A stretch of DNA of 62,698 bases, the filler included, from Sphacelaria rigidula (lineage: Eukaryota), in the NCBI GenBank assembly GCA_964200075.2. It is 10 parts of 10 records of this genome, joined end to end, with 100 filler letters (N's around TTAATTAATTAA, not from the genome) between each part and the next. Parts side by side here need not be neighbours in the genome. Positions count along the whole stretch, not along the records: positions 18,842 to 25,021 come from CAXNAA020021701.1; positions 25,122 to 31,301 come from CAXNAA020021702.1; positions 31,402 to 37,581 come from CAXNAA020021703.1; 7 more parts are not named here. The stretch is one strand, 5' to 3'. Shown here in pieces: positions 20,910 to 33,790 of this stretch (positions are counted from its first letter, which is position 1; every line of letters begins with the position of its first letter). The position numbers were made by a program, and so were the translations under genes. The notes beneath the pieces are model-generated. The model was given only the letters and a program-made list of their open reading frames with translations, did no database searches and had not been told where the DNA came from.

Positions 20910-22728
20910 ATGTGTTGAGGGCCTTGGAGTACATGGAATATTCCGTAGCCCACGCACATCGCCCTATGTCCACCCCGCACTCCACCGTTTTGTTTTTTCT
21001 TCGTTTGCTCGTTCTGTTTGTCTGTCAAATGAACCAATATCATCGTCATGATTGTCGTTTGCATAGCTTGCAAAGCTCGTCTGTCCGAAGAAAAAGCTGG
21101 AACAGGAAGACCTTGTCGCTTTCCTTCATACTGAATCTCTCTTCGAGGAGTTTTTTTTCGTCTATTTCTCCCCTCCCCTTCCTTTTCATTATCTGTTTTT
21201 GCCTTGCTCCCACTTGTTTTACTTGTAAACGTGGTAGCAATCTTGGGCAAGCTTTTGAGCACGTGTATGTATTTTTTTCGTTTTCTCATATTTTGGCGTT
21301 CAGGTGGACGACATGTCGTACACCGTATACGAGCCGCGGAAGCTGAAGCTCGGTGTCCCTCACCCTGACCCCGTCGTGGAAAACGCCTCCATGGCCGCCG
21401 TCGACCCACCGGAGCTGTGGTACAGGCCGAAGCTGCAGGTGAATCAATCTGCTTGCTCTGCAATAAGCCATGCGCGTGTCCCACTGCCTGTCAGCGTTCA
21501 TCGCGCTTACGATGTACGAGGTTGGCTTGTAGAGAGCGAACGATGTGCTGGGCCCCTGCCGGCGGCAGTGGCGGGATACTGTACGTCCTCGAGATTCGCA
21601 CATCCGTTAATCGTGACCTGTAGATGATGAATCTCTTGACCTGAATACGGTACATTCCTAAAAACACAAATTGCGCGCGCACACACGAACAGGACTTGCA
21701 AGGAGAGTTTGACGTGGTTCGGACAGGCAAGCTGTCCTCCCTGCAGCTAGAGGCCGTGGCGTATGCTTGCCAGGCGCACGAGACGAGGCTGCCGGATGGG
21801 AGCCGTGCGGGTTTTTTCATTGGCGACGGTGCAGGCGTGAGTATCATCTTGTTTCCTTCTTCCGTCATCATTCTGTTGGTTGTTGTGTGCTCCTTTTGGT
21901 TGGTTGGTCGTCGTTTGGGTCACACCGGGCTGGCTCATCAGGATGAGCCACGGTGCTGCACTTGTTGCTGAAATCTTCGGTGCCAGAAATGTGTCCTTTT
22001 TTACCCTCTTTTTCCAGTCAGTCCCACGAAGGCACGTACCACTGCGTGGTGGGGGCGTGCACCCCACCCCCGAAAAACCAACTCCGTCTCTACAGGGATG
22101 CGTGGTCAATGGTCAAATCGCTCAGGCAAGAGGCTTGTGAGTACGCCCCTCCCCCCTCCCAAATAAGCAAACAAGCAAGCATCGAACTAAGTGGACCACG
22201 CTGTATTGTTATGTCTGTCAGGTGGGTAAGGGCCGGCAGCTGGCGGGTATGATGTTGGAAAATTTTCTGTGCGGGCGGCGGAAACACGTGTGGATTAGCG
22301 TGGGCAACGACCTCGCTCTCGACGCGCGCAGAGACCTCGATGACCTCGGTTGCGGCAATCCCGACATGAGCGATGATGACGATAACTCGTCATCGTCGTG
22401 TTCATCGTCTTCGTCGTCATCTTCATCCGAAAGTTGCTCCGACTCTGAAGAGTTCGATTCCGACTCCTCTTCATCTTCTGATGATGATGGCGATAGTTCC
22501 TCAGAAAGTTCTTCTGAGGACGAGAAAGTAGGCTCCTTGAGGAAAACTGGAGTACGGCGCGAAAAGGATGAGGAGACAGAGAGTGATGGTGATGAGGGGG
22601 AGGAGGTCGTGGGCATTGGTGCGAGAAGGAGGGCGAAGGTGGCGGCGAGAAGGTCGAGATCGAACGCTGGTTCTGAGAAGGGAAGCACTAGCGGCAGCGC
22701 TGCTTCGACTTCGAATGGAAAGAGAGAG
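19762..22728 (+). CDS. SBNO1: Strawberry notch homologue, N-terminal and P-loop helicase-like exons (19762-19827?, 20448-20672, 21304-21438, 21693-21836, 22222-22728)
   Basis: [53 protein letters not shown] and [20 protein letters not shown] are Strawberry notch signatures. All exons are AG/GT bounded and phase 0. Confidence 0.93.
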
Positions 22729-23201
22729 GTATGTGCCAGCGTGCAAGCACAAGAAAGTATGCTTGTGATAAACATGACACAACGAGTGGTTGGGACGTGG
22801 TGGTAAAACAGCCTGCGGTTCGGTTTGGTTCCCGGTTTCAGAACCAAGATGCAAGATGTGCGGTGAGAGTTTGGCTGTTGCAACGGTCGCCACCTCATCT
22901 CGGGCTGTCCTCATCCTGCTCGCTTACAGTGCGCTGTGTAAGTCGTTCAATATCGAGTGCCGGGATGATTTTGTTTCGGAATGTGGAGTGGATGCCTAAT
23001 TAGTATCTCCCGAATCCCCAAGCTGCGGAATCAAAGGTTCACAGGGATGAACTGTGTCGCCGACTACGAAAAAATGGCAAAATCCACAGAGACTTAACGT
23101 TACACTTAACAAAGTTCGTTACACGTCCAAGTTAACGTTACACGTTACAAAATTCGTTATACGCGGGAGCCCTGTTAAAAGTCAAGTCAGATCGACTTAA
23201 T

Positions 23202-23242
23202 CGTCAGACCAGGCTAGTACTACGGTGGGGGACCACGTTCCT
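23202..23242 (+). pseudogene. 5S rRNA-derived fragment
   Basis: CGTCAGACCAGGCTAGTACTACGGTGGGGGACCACG-TTCCT resembles the 3' half of eukaryotic 5S rRNA (TAGTACT...GG.GGG.GACC), 5'-truncated and internally deleted. Recognition is from memory, not a search. Confidence 0.6.
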
Positions 23243-24620
23243 GTAATGCGCAGAGGTCCACTCTGGCTCTTGTGGTGGCACCCTGAGCGCCGTTGTCGCC
23301 GATATTGAGTATTGTTGGTTTGTCGTTCGTTTCGGTATGGTGGAACGTTCTTTTTGCGCAAGGCCTTTTCTCCCTGGAGCCATCTTGCTGAGGCCAGCCT
23401 TTTTTTCTTTTCTTTTGCCTTGTTTTGTATTTTTTTCGTTGGTCCCCCCTCCCCTCAGCCTACTCTTTTCTCTCCTATATTCCTGCTTCCTTCATTTTTC
23501 GAGGAGATTTCCAGCTTTGGTCGAAAATCTACGGTTAACAGGATGACTACTTGATTTAGTGTAGACACCGATATTCAGATCTTGAGAAGGGCTGAGTGCG
23601 CCTGGCTTGCCCAGACCGTGTTTTTGTGCAAATCGCGTCGATCTGAGGTCTGGCAACGCACACTTTGCCTTGAGCAGCCTTTGCACCCCCCTTGCCCGAG
23701 AGTTCTCATACGCCTTGGTTCGGGATTAGGGTTTTAGGGTTAGTGTTGAGGTTGGTTAGTTGGAAAAAATCAACCACATATTTTCGGTCAAAGCTAAAGG
23801 TCGCCTCCGCTTTTCTTCAGCGAATATTTATGTCCAGTTCGTATGTTGCTACAGTACGACTATCGTATTGTAGCCACGACTGGATCCCGTCCGAAAATCA
23901 CTTTCTGTGCTATATTATACTGATTCATTAATCGTATCATTTTGCACAGCTGAACACATACACCATACCACAATATGGAAGCACGCGCCAACAGTTGTTT
24001 ATGGGACAACAAAGTACGACGATCGGTTTTTCTCTTCTTTTTATTTTGCGTGCTCCGAATAAATGAAGCAAGAAATGGGACGGGGGGGACAACATTCGAC
24101 AAAGAATGACCGTCACTTTCATGTTGAAAAATATTTGATAAACAATCCTTCACGATATTGTTTCCGTTCGTTCAGTGTGTTGTTGTTGTTGTTGTTGTTG
24201 TTGCTGTCTTCACATTGAAAAACAATTCCGATGTATGCGCCGTACTCTGTACAGGCTAACTACCCAACATGAGGCGTGAGGAAATTAAGAAGAAAAAAAT
24301 CGGACCCAGAGAAATTCACACTCATTTGTAACCGTTTATGTTCGATCGAGAGTGCCTGTGACTTCCCTCCCTCGCGAACACGCCCCCCTTCCCTTGAAAT
24401 CGCATCGTGATATTAGGCGGAACGAGGACTTGAGAAATGTCAATCTATAAGTATATATTTTTTCGGCTGCTGTTTTTCTCTCCTGTTTTTTTGGTTGGAG
24501 GCACAAGTGCTGTGAATACGCCGGTGCACGGTCGGACAGGACACGTCACGCGCGTCTTTGGACATGTAGGGTCTCAGTCGGGTTTCGGCTTTCTCGTCTA
24601 TCGACACTTTTCACCAACGT

Positions 24621-24662
24621 CTCGAAGTTCGAAGTTCGAAGTACGAAGTCCGAGGTTCGAAA
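24621..24662 (+). repeat. 7-bp tandem repeat (TCGAAGT)n
   Basis: ctcgaagttcgaagttcgaagtacgaagtccgaggttcgaa. Confidence 0.8.
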
Positions 24663-27609
24663 CTTTAGATGCCCACTGTAACGCACTTCCCGCACGCATT
24701 GGTATCAACGTCCTTTATGAAGCGTGAGGTCTCATGAGAAATCACCCGTGTTGAGATGGATCCCTCCGTAGGCCTCTCTAAACCCAGTATCAGTATACCC
24801 GACTCTCCTGCTTATATCGCTGCATCTCTATTTTGCAAAGCTGATATCTGGATGCGATGAATGCTCAACAACCGTGGGACACACTGGAGCACGATAACAT
24901 GTGCTGTCACCTTGATAAAAAAAGGGCGGGCGGGGGGGGGGGGGGTGCAAAAATTTCAAGGATTACGGAAATTGACGGCTTTTTGGGTAGGGGTTCAAAT
25001 TTGAGTGGGGGGTATTTACTTNNNNNNNNNNNNNNNNNNNNNNNNNNNNNNNNNNNNNNNNNNNNTTAATTAATTAANNNNNNNNNNNNNNNNNNNNNNN
25101 NNNNNNNNNNNNNNNNNNNNNTGATCAAAGCCACTCTCAATCGTATCATCTACTCTCAATCTCACGAAAACACTGTTACTTGTTATTATCACGCGGTGAT
25201 CCAGAAACGGACCACATCATGAGCCAGACAGCAAGGGGCCACACAGATAAGGGCTATCAATTTAGGATACCCTGTCCCCTTCCACTGCTCTAATCATGCA
25301 TGCGATTATACTGAAACTTACGGCTTGGTATTTGGCTACAGATCACGGAAAAATCCACTAGCACACACCACGGGTGGACGAAAGATGTCCCCCCCGGAGA
25401 GGTCGAGTAAGGTTTATTCATTCATACAACGCCACGGGTGAAGTGTGTCCAAGTGTATGCATGGACAAAATCCACAAATACGCTGGTAAAGTCGCTATTC
25501 AAAGAGCAAGGGGTTCCGGGCACCGACTCGGCACATCCGTATATCAGCAGTTCTTAACAAGTGAAGCATCGTTTCGGTGGGGTGCATCAGTAGGTGGCGG
25601 GAATGCTGTGGGTATGCTGTGACCATATCTTGTTCAAAAACCATCAACTGCAAATCATACATTTTCCATCACTAGTTCCAGAAGGGACAAAGCAGCCCAA
25701 AACCTCACGATGCAATGGCCATACAGCGCATTGCGCTGGTTTCAGACTGCATGAAGCGCCTCATCTTGGCGACGTTGGCGACATTGGCGACACCGGTCCC
25801 ATAGGTGGGAGTTCCCAGCTACTCGTATGCTCGGCTTTTGTCATGGATGACACTGTGCCGACTACATACTGGCTGTACCGACTGCTCGTATCGGTAGCCT
25901 CCCGAACTTGGCGCCGTTGGTTCAATGAAGACATTGCCATGCAGCGCATCGGTATGATGGATGGTGATTCGGAAACCAGCCCAAACAACATTTTCGCGAG
26001 ATTGAGCTTGTAGCTTCTGATTGGGAGTAAGCTTTTCAGTCGGCTGTCACTTCAAAGGCCACTGCGCACACCCGATCACCCACCCCGGGGGTCGAAGGGT
26101 CGACACTCCGAGGAGTTTGTCGTAGGATATATAATCCGGAAGTAAACAAGCGCCGATGTACGGCAAATCGTGACGACTAAATATTCTAGAATTTGTTTTT
26201 GGAGTGCGTCGCATCATGAGCGACCTCCAACCATAACCTGCTCCATGTACAGCGGCGCATGAATGCGAGGAATGCTTCGGTGGTTAAAAACTTCACTCCC
26301 TTATCTTTTTTGTTAGTTGAGTGGAACGAATCGTTCCCTATCAAGATTCGTGCAACTCATGACTCTAAATCTAAACGTATTCCGTAACATCGTTCGAATT
26401 GATCCGTCGCCCGCTAGGGTAGGTGATGTGTTGAATCGGCATGACTACAACTGACATTCACCAATGTCGGTGCTTAATAGGGACACACAAAAGCAATGTG
26501 CGCCTATAAACCATTTGGGAAACCCTCCTTTCCAGTTCCTGGCCCAGATGCCTCATTATGTCAAACCCTGACAAAGAAAAAGCATATGTCAACAGAAACG
26601 ATCAACGGCGACTATTTCACTGTAGAAGACCACGGAAGAATCCACCAGCACACGTCACGGGTGCACGAAGTTGTCCTCCTGGAGAGGTCGAGTAAGGCTT
26701 ATTGAGTCATACCACGCAACGGGTAAAGTGTATATAATATATGCACCGACACAGATCCACAGACACGCTATAAAACTTGCTATAACAGCCTGGATTCGTT
26801 TTTGAGGAGCAACATTTGGGTGAGGTTCAACTGACCATCGAAATTTCATTCGTTTCGTCCAAAAGGCTCGGGATTCGCAACCGGTTTCGACCATGTAACC
26901 CTTGCCCAGAAGTTTCTGCACGGCAGCGCAAGCATGATGATGAGCAGTCCAACAGAAGAACCGCCGTCATTGTGCGGCATCTTTTGAGCAGGACCTGCGT
27001 CCAAGCGCTACGGAACACGTAACGAAGCATGCTGAAAACATACTTCTTTGGACTAGTCATGGAGTATTCGAGCGCCTCTTGTTGAGTATCTGAGGGAGAT
27101 TCCATACTGTTGCGGCGGCGACGACCGCCGTCAGCGAAACGATCCAATGCGGCGACAGATGCCAGCGATCTTTGAAACGCGGCATCATTCAGCAGTCTGC
27201 TGAGATATATCAGCACACCAGAGTACAGCATCACTGCAGTACTACAGTCGTTAGTTGGATAAAATGGATGCCCCGCAATAAAGCTGCACACACACACAAC
27301 GGGGGTAAGGGTTAGTCCCACGCTTGGGGTTGTTTTGCCAGTAGTGCCCATGCGAGGCGCTTCATCCAGTTTGAACCAGCTGTCACGCCTTGTATGGCCA
27401 CCTCCGCCGTGGCTGTGTTGAGAACCGGTTTCGCGGTGGGGCTGTCGAAGGATACTATTATTGTAGTGCAACGCGCTTGCAAAATCCGAGCCGTTTTTTT
27501 CAACTTAGATCCCGCATCAGCTGTAATTCGAATGTCCCTCCTGACGGTCCCAAACGGGGTCTGATCCAGCGGCAGAAAGCGCTGGCACCCTCCCCCTCAG
27601 ATAGGATTT

Positions 27610-29450
27610 GTGACAACTGTGGGGGTATTTGGGGAGCATCGCTCGGAATAAAACATGTAGAAAAGTATTCAGGGGTATCGTTGCACATCTTTCCCTGTTC
27701 AAAATCGAAATTTCCTTGCTTGGGCGCTTTATACCCGTTACAACGAACGACTGTTTTCCAAGAAAACCATCCGTTATTTCAGGACTTTCCCTGGTGTCCT
27801 GCTACAGTACCAATATCGATTTTCTCGATCAAAGACGGATCTTGGGCATTGAAAGACGCTGCCCCTTTGAGGTCACACTTCAACTCGGCGTCTTGCCAAT
27901 TTCTTCTCGACCATACCGGACAAACCCAATCCTTACCAAAAAAGTAAATGGCATCTTAGATGCATATTTGGGACCGGTTTTATGACAACATTCCTCCTCT
28001 CCTTGCGCCTCGCCACTTGTGGTCGTTCCCAAAAAGGATGAAAACATACGCATATCCGTGAACTACCAACGGTTGAAACGCGTCACTGTTGTTGGTAAAC
28101 TTCCAGTCTCCCGCATTGATGAAGCCTTCGACTCCTTAGGCGAAGGACTCGTATTCAGCACCTTCGACCTCATTTCTGGATGTTTCCAGAATACTATCCA
28201 CCTTGACACAGTCCAACTTACGGAATGTTGTACCTCGTCTGAAGCTACGAATTGTTTCGAATGCCACAAGACGTTGCCACTGCTCCAGGACTCTTTCAAC
28301 GCTTAATGCAACGCGTTACAGAGGGCCTCGAGCACAATATCATTTGCCTAAATGACGCTGTCGCTTTCGATGCCTCACCTATTGCACATATACGCACTCT
28401 GCGAGAATTTCTCTTTGGCCTACGAACGCACGGCCTGAAACTCTCTCTGTCCAAAGCTCGCCCTGGTGCGACTGACTTGGATTTCCTCGGGCATTCTATT
28501 TCGCAAGCAGGCCTATATCCGGATACCAACAAAGTCAGGGCGATGACTGACTTGCCGATGCCAACCAACATTTCTCAGCTTCGCTCACTGTTGGACGGAC
28601 TATCCCACTACCGCATTTTTTTACCGAATTTGTCGAAACGGATTCGCCCCCTCACTGAAATCCTCAAGAAACGAGCCGTGTTTACCTCCACAACCGATAT
28701 GGAGAATGAGTAATGCTACGGTAAGGGTGCACTTTTTTCGCGAATTTTTGTCTGGTTCAGGGGCTCCTAACCATTCTAGACGCACAAGAATATGGGTCAG
28801 GGCATCCCCGTTTGCATATTTATTCGGGATAACCCCAGCATATTTGAGTCGTAACCCTGGCGTACTCTCGCATATTTTCCTAAGTCGTGTTTTGGATAAG
28901 ATGAAGGGCTCCTAACAATTTATCCTCAGAAAATACTTGTGTGCCCCTGCCGTAGAATCACTCAAATAGTTTCCACAAATTGCTGAAGATGCTCACCGAG
29001 AAACCGATACCCTGTTTCCCTGATTGGGACGCAGTACAAGACGGCTCTCACCCTTTCCAACTTCACACAGATGCCAGCACACACGGATTTGGGGGAATTT
29101 TGAATCAACCTCAGGATGGCTCCATTCGACCCATCCTCCACATCAGCCGCGCCACCCTGCCCAACGAGGCCAACTGGAGCCCATCGGAGTTAGAAGGCGG
29201 AGTAATCACCTGGGCCATTAAGCGCCTTCGACAGTATTTGTTTCAAGTGCCCTTTGAGATTTAGAAGGATTATGGGGCACTCAAACAACCCGCCAAGGTT
29301 GGCGAACACAACCCACGTGTTCAACGATGGGTGGAGTTTTTAACAGCGTTCCAGGATACCATTGAGCATCATCCAGGCAAAATCAACGGGAATGCTGATC
29401 TTCTTTCCTGACTACTCCTGCCGCCTACGGCAGCGGATTCCAGCCCAGCT
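27610..29450 (+). mobile_element. Degenerate Ty3/gypsy pol fragment (RT + RNase H)
   Basis: VVPKKDENIRISVNYQRLKRVT, FSTFDLISG, RMPQ...APGLFQRLM, ICLND (decayed YLDD), DFLGH, LHTDAS, NWSPSELE, NGNADLLS. Multiple frameshifts. Confidence 0.92.
28708..28963. mobile_element. 256-bp Sola2-like MITE (same family as 8491-8747, opposite orientation) inserted into gypsy pol
   Basis: GAGTAATGCTACGGTAAGGGTGCAC ... GTGCCCCTGCCGTAGAATCACTC; TSD GAAT/AAAT. Removing it restores pol ...DMENSFHKLLKML. Confidence 0.88.
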
Positions 29451-29969
29451 TACGTACGTCTTATGTTATGCCTCCTAAACCACATGGAAACCCACCGAAA
29501 CTGCGCCGCATGAGAGACAGGAGAGGAGAGAGGTTGAGAACAGGGCACACACACTGGAGGGAGACCACAAAATCGATGGACCAGTATGTCACTAGCAGCA
29601 GCAGCAGCCCGCCCGCTTCAGACCTGAGCCTGGGGCCTCAGATCCCTGAACCCGCCGCGGCCTCCAGCGAATCATGATTGTTGAATTTTTCTCTGGGTAT
29701 ACTAAAAACTATTTGAAGAAGAAACGTTTTCACACCCGGGAAGACATCATCGAGGTGGCCCAAAATCACCCCAAAAATATCCTCTAGTGGAGCCAAATCG
29801 CGTGAAAACGCGCCTCCGGCGGGCCCCCCCCCCCAACGGGGGGGGGCCGGTGGTCGCGGCTTCGCCGCGACACCAATGTACTGATAGGACCCAGTAAAAT
29901 GGCTGCTCTCCGCAGCCAGTTTACCTGGTACTGGCGTGTAGCGCCAGTCCCCAACCCTAAATTTGGGAA

Positions 29970-30212
29970 AAATTCGGTGATCTGATCGGATCATCGAAAT
30001 TCCCCAACATTGCTTCTTCACCTTGGATCCCAACATGTCGGTTATCAGGATTCAACATTGTTTGGCGTGCAGTAGTTGTCAACAGCTACCAGTAGTAGGT
30101 AGGTGAAGGAGTGGAATTATATTTCGAAGATTTGGTGCGGATACGAAGATTTCAATTCTTCGGGTTTTCATCCTCAGTAAAAATCTATCCCAAATAAATA
30201 AAGTCCCGTATT
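29970..30212. mobile_element. Single diverged arm of the foldback element family seen at 35327-35754
   Basis: Shares CCCAACAT.TCGG...GGCGTG.AG.AGTTGTCAA.AGCT...TATTTCGAAGATTTGGT..GGATACGAAGATTT...TCCCGT with the right arm. Confidence 0.75.
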
Positions 30213-32156
30213 TTTTTTGCCTCGGTTCCATTAAACTTCATTGGGGGGGGGGTGGTACCGTAAAACGAGACGACCTGCATCGTCAGTCAGTGATTGATGC
30301 CTCGGCAGGGGTGCACATTTTTTTGCCAAAATTTGTCTCAACCCTTTGGAGACCGGACTCCCAGAAACATGGCGATTCACAAAAAGGCCTCATCGTGCAA
30401 ACACCATGTTTCCGGGAGTCCGACCCCCAAAGGGTTAGCGCTGCACAGTAAGCCATAGGTATTCGTCATCGAGAAGCTCTTACAACAAAGAGCCTCAGAA
30501 AAAGTCCACCCACACCAACAACGTTTTCGTGAGATTGAAAAGCGGTCGATTAGGAAATGAATCGTTGCAGTTCTGAAATGCCCCTTAACGAGACCCGATA
30601 TGATTTCTGTAGTAGCTTGCCGCTGAGGTTCTTGATACCCCCGAGTAGGATATCGACGTGTAGCTGTAAGCACACGCTAGTGATGGAGGCAAAGAAAAGC
30701 ACACACAGAATGAAATATTGGCCAAGTTAAAGCGAATGACTAAAGCCACTCTCAATTAACGCTCTACTCCCAACCCCACGAGAGCGTTCTTTACCGTGGC
30801 ATGGGTCAGGTCACACTACACCACACGTTATATTTTGGTATGCTATTTTACATTTGAACCGGTTATTGCATTAGTCCCTTAACCCCTTCGCAATCATTTG
30901 TTCCATCTTCGTACTCCACATACACACTACCGCGTTTGTGGAGTGAAGTGAAGCGGTGTCGAACGGGGGATCCTATAGAAATAGGAACGAATGTTTGAAT
31001 GGGAACTACAAATAAGAAGGATGGGGCTTGAGACTATGCGAAATATTACTCCTCTACGGTACCGAGAAGACTGGAGGTTCCCAAAAAGGTTGAAGAATTA
31101 AGCCCAGAGGTTTTGGTACATTTCAATTATGAACTGTGGATCGTTTCCCTTTTCCTGCGGACTAACGCACTTCATATCCGGGCCTGAAGTTGTGTTTTCC
31201 CCTTACTCCAAAATCCAAAATTTATATGCAGCTCCTATGAAATTCCATAACAAACACTATATTCGTGAGATTCAGAACGTAGTTTCAGATTCAGAGTCAG
31301 ANNNNNNNNNNNNNNNNNNNNNNNNNNNNNNNNNNNNNNNNNNNNTTAATTAATTAANNNNNNNNNNNNNNNNNNNNNNNNNNNNNNNNNNNNNNNNNNN
31401 NATGTAACCCTTAGGCAGCGACCCCCCCCCCCCCGCAGGTGGACTGAAATAGACTATGCCACATTCGGGGTTCAGAACAGTTTTTTTTCACGCGACACAA
31501 TTTATTTATTCAGAATCATGTGGATGCTGGGCATCCGTATAGAAAGTAGTTCCGGAGAACCCCTGACCGGTTTGGACCGTGCAGTCAAAAGCGTACAGAG
31601 TTAGAGTGTGTGCGGTATGTCTCCACTGGATACAACGAAACAAGAAACAGGCGGGGTACTATCGCGCTCCACTGAACACAACTCACTACATCATGCTGAT
31701 GCCTCTGCCTAGTGTTCCCACAACGATACCACAGACAGTCTGGAGCCATGCTGGCAACACATGATGCGTCAGACAGGCGGCACAGACCTCGATCAGAGTA
31801 CAAAACATTTTTTTTTTTTGCAATTTTTATCCATGGTTGAATTGCCATGACCAAAATGAGAAATACGGCTAGACAGCGAAATAATCCACCTGTAGTCCAC
31901 CTTCAGGGGAGGTACATGCTCATTTTGACGACCGTGATTAGGTAGAATGGTCATTCCACGCCTCTCGAACCTTGTCCCCGGCTTGGAATCTTCCGCGGTA
32001 AACTTCCAAACACACATGGTTGACTTGGTGAGCTTCCTGGTTGTTCTGTGGACATAACCCCGCCCACTGGAAACCGCCAGATGTCTCCGGACTGTCAGCC
32101 AATGAAACTATTCCGAGGCGACGCTCGCTGTCTGAGGGTCAAATGATGAGAAATCC

Positions 32157-32590
32157 ATGAGGCAGTGTGCAATCTGTGATTGTTTCTGGAAGTGCTGATA
32201 CCAGAAAATGAAGCAACTCATTGGAGGCTGCCATCCAAACGCCAGATGTTCAGGTACGCTTCGGGCTGAACAATTTTAGGATGCAGCTCATCTTTCATGC
32301 GACTCGCCGAACACATCACGATGCTTCGCGCTCGGTGATTGATTACGAGCCTGGTCCTGCGAAAACCCGGCGTGCTCCGTCCCGACTTTGTAGGGATGCA
32401 AGGTCAAAAGTCATGTAAGTACGACAAGGAAGATCATGAGTCCCCCCCCCCCCTCCTCCTTCGCTGTAGCCTGGTCTGGCGAGAACCGGGCGTGCTCCGT
32501 CCCGGCTTTGTAGAGGCGGACCCCCGATGGGGTTGACGTCGGTTGGCGACGATGCTTTTAAGCATGCCACTCACTGCGTAAGCTAGGCAA
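32157..32590 (+). repeat. Poly(C)-terminated dispersed repeat followed by partial re-starts of the same element
   Basis: The 3' part ends GATCATGAGTCCCCCCCCCC, followed by a second internal fragment and then the 5' module GGGTTGACGTCGGTTGG...CACTCACTGCGTAAGCTAGGCAA. Confidence 0.8.
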
Positions 32591-33000
32591 CTCCGGAGAA
32601 ATTCTTCGTGGCTGACCGTGCCCTGGCGGTCCTACGGCCTCTTTACTTGGCTTTTTGGAGACACGATGTGGCTTTTGAGTGGCGCAGCGGTCTATGACAC
32701 CATGATGCTCGAACAACGGTACGTTACTGCATTTACTCGGAAAAAAACAGAGCAAAAGAGTCTCCCGGATCTGAAATCTAACCAAAAACATCGGACGAAT
32801 CTTGCTAGCAACCTGGGCACTACTCAGACGGTGTGCTTGTATCCTGGGGTCGCTCACTGTGAAACCGTTCTCATGAGCACGGCGGGGTAAACGTGGGACT
32901 CGCTGTTTCCAGTGTGTTGGGAGATAAGCCAGTACGTGGGCAATGTGACCTCTACACGACTAGCCGAAACTGCACCAAAATTCGCAAGGTTGCGTTCTGG

Positions 33001-33205
33001 AGGATATACCCGTAAGTAGGGGGATTGTGGTAGGCTTACTATAATAAACTATATCGAAATGTAAGCCGAACATTCCGGTACGGTCCGGCAGGTTATCGAG
33101 CGTTGTTCCAAACAATCCGATATGGGGTACGGCCGAAAAGTATTTGACGATAGAATATCTCTTCTATACTTCCGTAAATACCCGAGTTTTCAGCCGGCAT
33201 ATCCT
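33001..33205. mobile_element. Possible small MITE
   Basis: Short imperfect inverted termini AGGATATACCCG ... CCGGCATATCCT; single copy in the window. Confidence 0.35.
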
Positions 33206-33314
33206 ACTATAACACAACCGTGAAAATTTGCCCTCAACTCGCGAACTCGCTAAACATGGAGCGGTGGATGGTTTTCACACACGCCGCGGAGATGATGTAG
33301 CCTCTGTGAGGTAC

Positions 33315-33584
33315 GTATTGCTACGGTAGGGGTTGCACGTTTTGTTATTGGGGCTCTCCTTGTAGGAGCCCAAATGTATGGGGCTTACTGTGCAACCCTA
33401 ATCCTTCGGGGACCGGACTCCCAGAAACATGGTGTTTGAACGCAGGGGACTTTCCGTGAATCGTCATCTTCCGGCTTTTTCGAGTAGAAATGATGCCGAT
33501 TCTCAAAATGATCTATCCAACACCCCGAGCAGCCCCAAGAAACGATTTCCCTCAAAAAGTGCAACCCCTACCGTAGCATTGCCC
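33315..33584. mobile_element. MITE related to the Sola2-like family; relatives at 42410-42661, ~30290-30530 and ~35140-35265
   Basis: TGCTACGGTAGGGGTTGCAC ... GTGCAACCCCTACCGTAGCA. Internal sequence (GTAGGAGCCCAAAT.ATGGGGCTTACTGTGCA) is shared with 42410-42661. Confidence 0.8.
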
Positions 33585-33790
33585 AGGCGTTCAATTTTTC
33601 TCGGTGAAGGTGTTTGAGTGAGCCGATTACAGCGGCGAGAAACCTTCCTCGTGCCGCAAGGGCATCGATTATTACGACTTTCGAAACACGCTATAGAAAA
33701 AATAACGACGAACTAACCCCGCCGTTTCTGTGATCGTTTCGTTTTTTCTGTCTCTGTCCTGCGTGTGGCCTCTGGACTGGGATCCCACAG

